From Candidatus Latescibacterota bacterium (GTDB taxonomy: Bacteria > Latescibacterota > UBA2968), in NCBI GenBank assembly GCA_965205975.1, contig OZ242195.1:5408001-5472000 (forward strand): 64,000 nucleotides of DNA, written 5' to 3'. Each line of letters starts with the position of its first letter. Position 1 is the stretch's first letter. Below are positions 58,348-64,000 of this stretch, piece after piece. A program made the translations under genes and the position numbers. The notes below the pieces were generated by a model that searched no databases, was not told the origin of the DNA, and was given only the letters and a program-made list of their open reading frames with translations.

Positions 58348-59193
58348 TCACAAACTCCACACAATCAGGAACGACGCGCCGACGTAAGACGTGGCCTCGA
58401 TGAAGCCCGCGGCCAGATTGGGGTGTTCTTGATTGGCGATTTCATCGGTCAGTTTTTGTCCGGGTAAGAGGATCACATCGGAGATGAATCGAACGATGGG
58501 TAGCAAGATCAATCCCGCGACGACTTCGATTGCAAAGTCCTGTAAATTTACAGTCCAGGAAATAAAATTGCCAGCCGATGCGTGAAATACGATGACGCCA
58601 ATGCCGACCAGGGCGCCCGCAAAAGCGACGCCAGCGGCGACGTTGTCTTTTTCGATTTCGTCGTGAATGCTATACGGGGTAATCCATTCGTACATCAGTC
58701 CGGCCAATACCAGAGCGAGTTGGCCCAATGCCCAGAAAATCACGGTTGTCACAATTCCGCCAATCTCACCCGATACGGCGCCAAAGATTACCAGTCCCGT
58801 TGCGATATACGACGCGGCGACCACGACACCCGTACCCGCGTTTTGATCGTCGATTAATTCATCCCGCACTTTGAACCCGTGCAGGATCAATCCGTCATTG
58901 ACCAGACGAGACAGATTGAGCAAGATGATCGCCAGCAATCCGTATATGCCGATGTCGATCAAATCGTTTTCCAATCCCTGAGATGGGCCAGATAGGGTGC
59001 CGCCAATGGCCAATATCAATCCAAAATAATATCCCGCCATGCCTATACCCAGTGCTGCGTTGTCTTTTTCGACCAGTTCTTCCCGCACGCTATAACTCGA
59101 TGCCATCAAATCCCTGATCAATTTGCCGAGCCAGAATAATACAAACGCGCTGATGAGATAAATACCCGTTGCAATCAAATCTTGTAAAATCAT
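58348..59193 (-). CDS. DUF350-family membrane protein (tandem domains)
   Basis: Repeated EELVEKDNAALG / DELIDDQNAGTG / DEIEKDNVAAG / DEIANQEHPNLAAG motifs between TM helices. Confidence 0.85.
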   Translation of the reverse strand: MILQDLIATGIYLISAFVLFWLGKLIRDLMASSYSVREELVEKDNAALGIGMAGYYFGLILAIGGTLSGPSQGLENDLIDIGIYGLLAIILLNLSRLVNDGLILHGFKVRDELIDDQNAGTGVVVAASYIATGLVIFGAVSGEIGGIVTTVIFWALGQLALVLAGLMYEWITPYSIHDEIEKDNVAAGVAFAGALVGIGVIVFHASAGNFISWTVNLQDFAIEVVAGLILLPIVRFISDVILLPGQKLTDEIANQEHPNLAAGFIEATSYVGASFLIVWSL

Positions 59194-59921
59194 TTTCCAA
59201 ATCCTCCAAAGCTGCGGCTGCCAAATCCAGATCGGCTGCGACTTGTTGAACGCGAACTTCCAAAGCCGGTCCGACTCTGGCTCGTGCGACTTTGCACTTT
59301 TTGTGCGAACGATTGTCTCTTTTGCGCTATGTTTGCTTGGCGCCGCTGGAATGTCGTTGGTTTTTGTTTTTGCGTGACAGATCCCTGCGTGCCATACTCC
59401 CGATTGCGCCCGTAATACGGACGTCGATCCTGACGATAAGACCGATAATCGTCGTAGTCGTAGCGACTCATGCCGAACCCGCCGCCCCAACCGAGCAAAT
59501 TACTCATGAGCGCGTATTGGCCGTAGAATTCCCAGAACGATGTGCCCCCGCGATCCGTCCAACGCCCGTAGCTCGGATTGCCCACATAGTGGTATCCGGG
59601 CGGATGTGGCGTGTTGTTGACACCATCTTGCTCCGATTTGGCAACGAGCGCCATTCCCAAAAATGGTTCGTATTTTCGATAGATGGATTCCGATACTTCT
59701 ATCCAGTCCGATTGTACCTTTTTTTCCCCCTGTGTTATTAAATACCGGTGATAATACGTGGTGAAAAGAGAGCCTTCTTCACGCAGGTCATCCAGTACAA
59801 TCATATACGCCGGCGCCGAGGCCAGCGATTTTTGCATTTCAACGACGGGATCGCGTTCGCCGCCGCACCCAGACAACAACAATAGGCCGACCAGCAAGAT
59901 CGGCAATCGTTCTCGTGTCAT
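59190..59921 (-). CDS. Lipoprotein with an R/S/G-rich tail ending GGFGK
   Basis: Lipobox LSGC (Cys19); PPGYHYVGNPSYGRW and FWEFYGQY; ATGA overlap with DUF350. Confidence 0.8.
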   Translation of the reverse strand: MTRERLPILLVGLLLLSGCGGERDPVVEMQKSLASAPAYMIVLDDLREEGSLFTTYYHRYLITQGEKKVQSDWIEVSESIYRKYEPFLGMALVAKSEQDGVNNTPHPPGYHYVGNPSYGRWTDRGGTSFWEFYGQYALMSNLLGWGGGFGMSRYDYDDYRSYRQDRRPYYGRNREYGTQGSVTQKQKPTTFQRRQANIAQKRQSFAQKVQSRTSQSRTGFGSSRSTSRSRSGFGSRSFGGFGK

Positions 59922-59973
59922 AATTTCCTCCTTTGTTTTATTTAAGATACGTCAATGTCAGTTTTGTGCAATA

Positions 59974-61437
59974 CTATCTCGGGTCTTCGGGTAATTGCGA
60001 AAAGTCGAATTCGTTTACTTCGTTGATGTCTGGTGAGAATGGGGAGATGGTGTGGGGGATATGGCTGTGCCCACAGCTTGCGATGAGTGCCCGGGCGCGC
60101 GCTTGTCGTTCGGTTTGTTTCAAGATATCATCGGCAGACCAGCGTGCAAAGATTTTTTCGAGACTCGATTGGATTACGTCACGATACCGGGGATCATTGG
60201 ATAGATCGCGGCGTTCTTCGGGGTCTTCGTCGATGTTGAACAATTGGCAGGAGTCAAATTCGGAGTAATAGTTCAATTTCCACGGTCCCGTGCGGATCAT
60301 GCACGCGGGCTGGTCGCCGAGCAAGCCGATGTATTCTGCAAAGACTTCATTGGGCCAGTCCGATGGTGGATCGCCTGTGAGGAATGAGGCGAAACTTTTT
60401 CCGGAGACATCGGGCATGGGGTCTGCACCCGCAATGTCCAGAGCTGTGGGGCCTGCGTCGATGAGGCTGACGATGGCATCTTCGGTGTGGTTTTCGCGAA
60501 GATGGCCCGGCCATGAGCAGATTAAGGGAATGCCCACAGAGCCTTCGTAAAAGCTGCTTTTCCACCACATGCCGTGTTCATGGGCCATGTCGCCGTGGTC
60601 CGAGGTGTAGATGATGACGGTATTGTCCGCATCGGGAGAGGATTGGACAGTGTCAATGATTTGACCGATGTATCGGTCGAGTTCGGTTGTCAGGCCGTAA
60701 TAGGCGGCTAATCCGCGGCGGTTCTGTTCTGGGGTGATGTCGTCAACGCCGCGTCTTTCGCGCCATTTTTTCATGGCTGGATGCAGGGCGTTTAAGTATT
60801 CGGACGATTCGGGTTCGAGCGGGGGGATTTGCGCCATGTAATACTCGAAGTCTTCTCTGCCGCAGATCAGGGGATTGTGCGGGTTCATATAGCCGACGAC
60901 GAGGGCATAGGGTCTGTAGCTGTTTTGCCGGTCGGCGATAAATTTGCAGGCAGTTTCGGTGACGGATTTGTCAAAGTAGCGATAGCCCGTTTCGCCATGA
61001 CCGGATACTTGAACGCCGTATTTGGTCTGTCCCGTTGTGCGGTTGTATCCCGATCCGAGAATTTCTGCGGATAGCCCGCCGCAGTCGGCGTGGATGCGTT
61101 TTTCAAAGCCGTGGAATTGGTCGGGGTTTCTAAAGTGCATGCGACCGCACAGTACGGCTTCGTATCCCGCTGCACCAAATGCATGGGCAAATGTGGGGGT
61201 GTCAAAAGACAGGCTGCCGCTGTTGTCATAGACGCCCACATCGCTGGGGTACTGCGCGGACATAAAGCCCGATCGCGAAGGCGCGCAGAGGGGATAGGGA
61301 CAATACGCATTGCGAAATCGGACGCCACGACGCGCAAGCGTATCTAAATTTGGCGTTTGCACAATGGGATTTTCCGCACATCCCATGACATGGGGGTTGT
61401 GCTGGTCGGAGATGATGATGATAATGTTGGGAGTCAT
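59974..61437 (-). CDS. Sulfatase (choline-sulfatase-like)
   Basis: PNIIIIISDQH, PLCAPSR, GRMHF, SDHG and WWKSSFYE. Confidence 0.9.
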   Translation of the reverse strand: MTPNIIIIISDQHNPHVMGCAENPIVQTPNLDTLARRGVRFRNAYCPYPLCAPSRSGFMSAQYPSDVGVYDNSGSLSFDTPTFAHAFGAAGYEAVLCGRMHFRNPDQFHGFEKRIHADCGGLSAEILGSGYNRTTGQTKYGVQVSGHGETGYRYFDKSVTETACKFIADRQNSYRPYALVVGYMNPHNPLICGREDFEYYMAQIPPLEPESSEYLNALHPAMKKWRERRGVDDITPEQNRRGLAAYYGLTTELDRYIGQIIDTVQSSPDADNTVIIYTSDHGDMAHEHGMWWKSSFYEGSVGIPLICSWPGHLRENHTEDAIVSLIDAGPTALDIAGADPMPDVSGKSFASFLTGDPPSDWPNEVFAEYIGLLGDQPACMIRTGPWKLNYYSEFDSCQLFNIDEDPEERRDLSNDPRYRDVIQSSLEKIFARWSADDILKQTERQARARALIASCGHSHIPHTISPFSPDINEVNEFDFSQLPEDPR

Positions 61438-61576
61438 AAAATTAAGAATCGGTGTAAAACTGCGATAGCAGTTCATTGAGCATTGATACATCTACATCCA
61501 TGTAGAAGCGATCACCGGTCTCGTATTCTTAGATCAGAAAATGGCCTCGCGCGTTCCAGACTGATCAATTCCGACC

Positions 61577-62284
61577 TTATTTTGTATCATTCCCGTTATA
61601 CAATCCCTCGCCGCGTACGAGCAGGCGTTTGGGGTTGGGAATGTCCATGAGTTCATCGACGCTGTGATAGCCTACTGTCATGCTCATGCGCGTGTCGTCG
61701 GTGTGGTTTTCGCCTGCGCCGTGGACGACCATGCTGTCGATTGCGAGCATCCCACCTGCGGGCATGGGTACGGGGAGTGCTTGACCGAGGACATCGCTTG
61801 CCCAGTCTGCATCGTGAATAGATGTGGAGACGCCGGGGAAGTGATGCGATCCGGGTACAATGCGGGTGCATCCATTTTCGAGGGTGGTTTCTTCGAGGTA
61901 AAAGATGATGGTGTAGATGTTGCGCGTCCACTGTCTGACATCGCGGTGAAGATACGCGCCTTTGTTGTCCTCTGCCGTGCGCAAGGTGGCGTGGTTGTGG
62001 CGATTGGTGAGGATTTCGATATTGGGTCCCAAAAGCGATTCGAGTGGGTCGAGCGCGTATGGATGCGTGACTGCTTCTCGAAAGATCGGCGCGCGGTCCA
62101 TAAGGGCAGAGATGCGAACGGCGCGGCCATCCTTATTGCGTACGATGGGTTCGATTGCGCGGTCAATGTCTTCCATAATAGCGGTCTTCAGGTTTTCGAC
62201 CATTTCTTCTGGCAAAGGGTCTGGGAGGCAGAGAAAGCCGTTGTTTCGGAAGAGCTGGATTTGTCGCATGGTGAGTGAGGGCAT
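61577..62284 (-). CDS. Phytanoyl-CoA dioxygenase (PhyH) family protein
   Basis: HRD, ENGCTRIVPGSH and VHGAGEN...R. Confidence 0.88.
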   Translation of the reverse strand: MPSLTMRQIQLFRNNGFLCLPDPLPEEMVENLKTAIMEDIDRAIEPIVRNKDGRAVRISALMDRAPIFREAVTHPYALDPLESLLGPNIEILTNRHNHATLRTAEDNKGAYLHRDVRQWTRNIYTIIFYLEETTLENGCTRIVPGSHHFPGVSTSIHDADWASDVLGQALPVPMPAGGMLAIDSMVVHGAGENHTDDTRMSMTVGYHSVDELMDIPNPKRLLVRGEGLYNGNDTK

Positions 62285-62287
62285 GTC

Positions 62288-63037
62288 TTACTCCTGAACG
62301 GGAAGCGTATAGGGATGGGGATGTCCCGTATAGACTTTTTCGCCGCGTACGAGAACTTTTTCCGGGTCGTCTTTGATCACGTCGTGGGCGTCGTGGGCGC
62401 GATAGGCAACTGTCATGCTGCGGCGAGAATGATCGGAATGATTTGTGTCAGAGCCGTGATAACAGCAGTCGTTAAAGAGCAGTACGCCGCCGCGCGGCAT
62501 GGGGATTGGCACTGCGCGGTAATAGTTGTCGCTGTCGTAAAAGTTGTCTCTTTGTTTTTGTGGTCGGCGCGGGTTGAGAAATGGGCGGTTGTGGCTGCCG
62601 GGCACGATGCGCACACAGCCGTTTTCAACGGTTGATTCTTCGAGGTAGATCAAGCCGGTGATGAGGGTGTGGTCATAGGGTTCTTCACCGGCGTGCCAGG
62701 GGACGGGATAAGATCCGGATGGGCGCACCATGACGTGGTTGTGTTTGTTGGTGAGCACTTCGATGTTTGGACCGATGATGCCTTCGAGGGCGTTGAGGAT
62801 GATGGGGTGAGACGCTGCTTCGAAATAGACGGGGTCTCGCAAGAAAATTTTTGAGAGACGGCGGACGTTTTTCGGTTCTCGCTCCACCTTTTCTTCCCAA
62901 ACAATGGGTTCGCGCATGTCTGCAATTTGCCGGGAGGTGACTTCATTTAGATGATCGACCAGGTCGCCGGGCAGGGTTTCGCGGACTTTGTAAAATCCAG
63001 TGGTTTTGAAATACCAGAGGTCTTCTTCTGTGATCAT
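62288..63037 (-). CDS. Phytanoyl-CoA dioxygenase (PhyH) family protein, atypical metal motif
   Basis: WHAGE, ENGCVRIVPGSH and YHGSDTN...RR. Confidence 0.85.
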   Translation of the reverse strand: MITEEDLWYFKTTGFYKVRETLPGDLVDHLNEVTSRQIADMREPIVWEEKVEREPKNVRRLSKIFLRDPVYFEAASHPIILNALEGIIGPNIEVLTNKHNHVMVRPSGSYPVPWHAGEEPYDHTLITGLIYLEESTVENGCVRIVPGSHNRPFLNPRRPQKQRDNFYDSDNYYRAVPIPMPRGGVLLFNDCCYHGSDTNHSDHSRRSMTVAYRAHDAHDVIKDDPEKVLVRGEKVYTGHPHPYTLPVQE

Positions 63038-63053
63038 GTTGAGATATCCTTTA

Positions 63054-64000
63054 TTATCGCGGGTCCATTACTCGCCCGACAAACAGGGTGGTGTTGGTCG
63101 CTATGTCCCGGATGAGGAAGATGAATGGCCGATCGACTGTGACTCTGGGGGGAAGGGATGTCACCCCTATGACCACGCCGGTAGCGGCGGCGGCTTCTGT
63201 GCCATTCTCATTGACCAGGACAAATGCTTTGTGAAACGCATCTGAAATGGAGAGGCTTTTTGTTCCATCCATGCCGGAGAAGTCAGCTAATTGCGGGTTA
63301 AAAGCGTCTGACATTCCCATCTTCTGAAGCATTGCGCCCAGCTTGAATTGCGCTTCAAACTCGAATGAGGGCATGGTGAGTTCTATGCGCTCGCGTCTCA
63401 TGTCTTTCGAAGCCTGACTGATGAGTTCGGCGTTTAGCGACTTTTCGAACGTATCAAAAGTGCCTTTGTCGGGAAGCAGGATGACCATGGATATCTCACT
63501 GCCGTCGTAGAGCAACTCAACGGCCTGATATCCCGTGTTCCTCACATAGCCGAATGATTCGGTCTGTCGCATCATCGGTACTTTGATGCTGTTGCCAGTG
63601 AGCAAGTGGAAGTCGCCGTCAGCAGTGGCTTTTTCGTCGAAGGGGTGGAGCCACGCCGCGTTGAAGTAGATGGCATTGGTGAGGACTAAGCGGGTCAAGT
63701 TGTCGATGGCGCCGGAAGGTATCAGGTCTTTGATTTTCTCTTCGGTCTGCTGGGCAACCCAGTCGTTGATTGTGACGCGCGAGTTCTCGGGTGCCTCAAT
63801 GAAGTTTGCGATTCTCATCCCAGCACCGTAATTTTCCGCCAGTTTGTCCAGGAAGTTCTGCAGAAAAGCATAACCCTGTTGTCCCCAGATCGCATTGGCG
63901 ATGTTCAATCGAAATCCCTTGCCGTCCTGACCACTGCTGCCTTCGCCGCGAGAGGCGAGCTGGAGATCAAGGGCGTTGAACGCGGGGTGCAACTTGTCCT
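63054..64000 (-). CDS. Serpin (5' end outside the window)
   Basis: LVLTNAIYFNAAW; hinge ENGTEAAAAT; signature VDRPFIFLIRD...LFVGRV. Confidence 0.93.
   Translation of the reverse strand, partial: DKLHPAFNALDLQLASRGEGSSGQDGKGFRLNIANAIWGQQGYAFLQNFLDKLAENYGAGMRIANFIEAPENSRVTINDWVAQQTEEKIKDLIPSGAIDNLTRLVLTNAIYFNAAWLHPFDEKATADGDFHLLTGNSIKVPMMRQTESFGYVRNTGYQAVELLYDGSEISMVILLPDKGTFDTFEKSLNAELISQASKDMRRERIELTMPSFEFEAQFKLGAMLQKMGMSDAFNPQLADFSGMDGTKSLSISDAFHKAFVLVNENGTEAAAATGVVIGVTSLPPRVTVDRPFIFLIRDIATNTTLFVGRVMDPR

Noticed and set aside
59194..59490. N-terminal extension of DUF350 (380-aa ORF call)
   Set aside because: It overlaps the lipoprotein gene in another frame; the ATGA-coupled start at 59193 is more plausible
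1..64000. CRISPR array, rRNA, tRNA, integrase or transposase
   Set aside because: I saw no regularly spaced 25-45 bp repeats, cloverleaf or rRNA-like tracts, or DDE/tyrosine recombinase motifs; the intergenic gaps are short

Overview
A gene-dense bacterial window of roughly 50% GC with about 60 CDS, and no rRNA, tRNA, CRISPR array or intact transposase that I can see. The gene mix includes three sulfatases, two PhyH dioxygenases, a Gfo/Idh/MocA oxidoreductase, a BNR-type protein, a serpin, GPP34 and a yggS-yggT-divIVA-mtnP-dksA-lspA-rluD block. It suggests an FCB-related heterotroph such as a Latescibacterota- or Gemmatimonadota-like, possibly host-associated, lineage; this is inference only. 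Housekeeping content includes a full SUF Fe-S operon, lexA, dprA, murQ, a ClpX-like ATPase, NFACT/RqcH, folD under a clear ZMP/ZTP riboswitch, PPK2 and recJ. Five accessory loci stand out. (1) A coupled ABC-type ATPase plus small PD-(D/E)XK-like protein pair, a candidate defence system. (2) A STAS / REC-PP2C / RsbW / periplasmic binding protein / sensor kinase / Amt signalling cluster whose end overlaps rluD. (3) A PspA-polyamine module (YbjN-like, PspA, DUF4178 facing lipoprotein, DUF350 and membrane SpeE), split into convergent halves and interrupted by a DUF5678-retropepsin cassette. (4) An orphan PqqD/RRE protein with an uncharacterised partner. (5) A Fic gene followed by duplicated antitoxin-like genes and a truncated VapC. 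Several families of short intergenic repeats are also present. All family calls come from motif recognition, not database searches.
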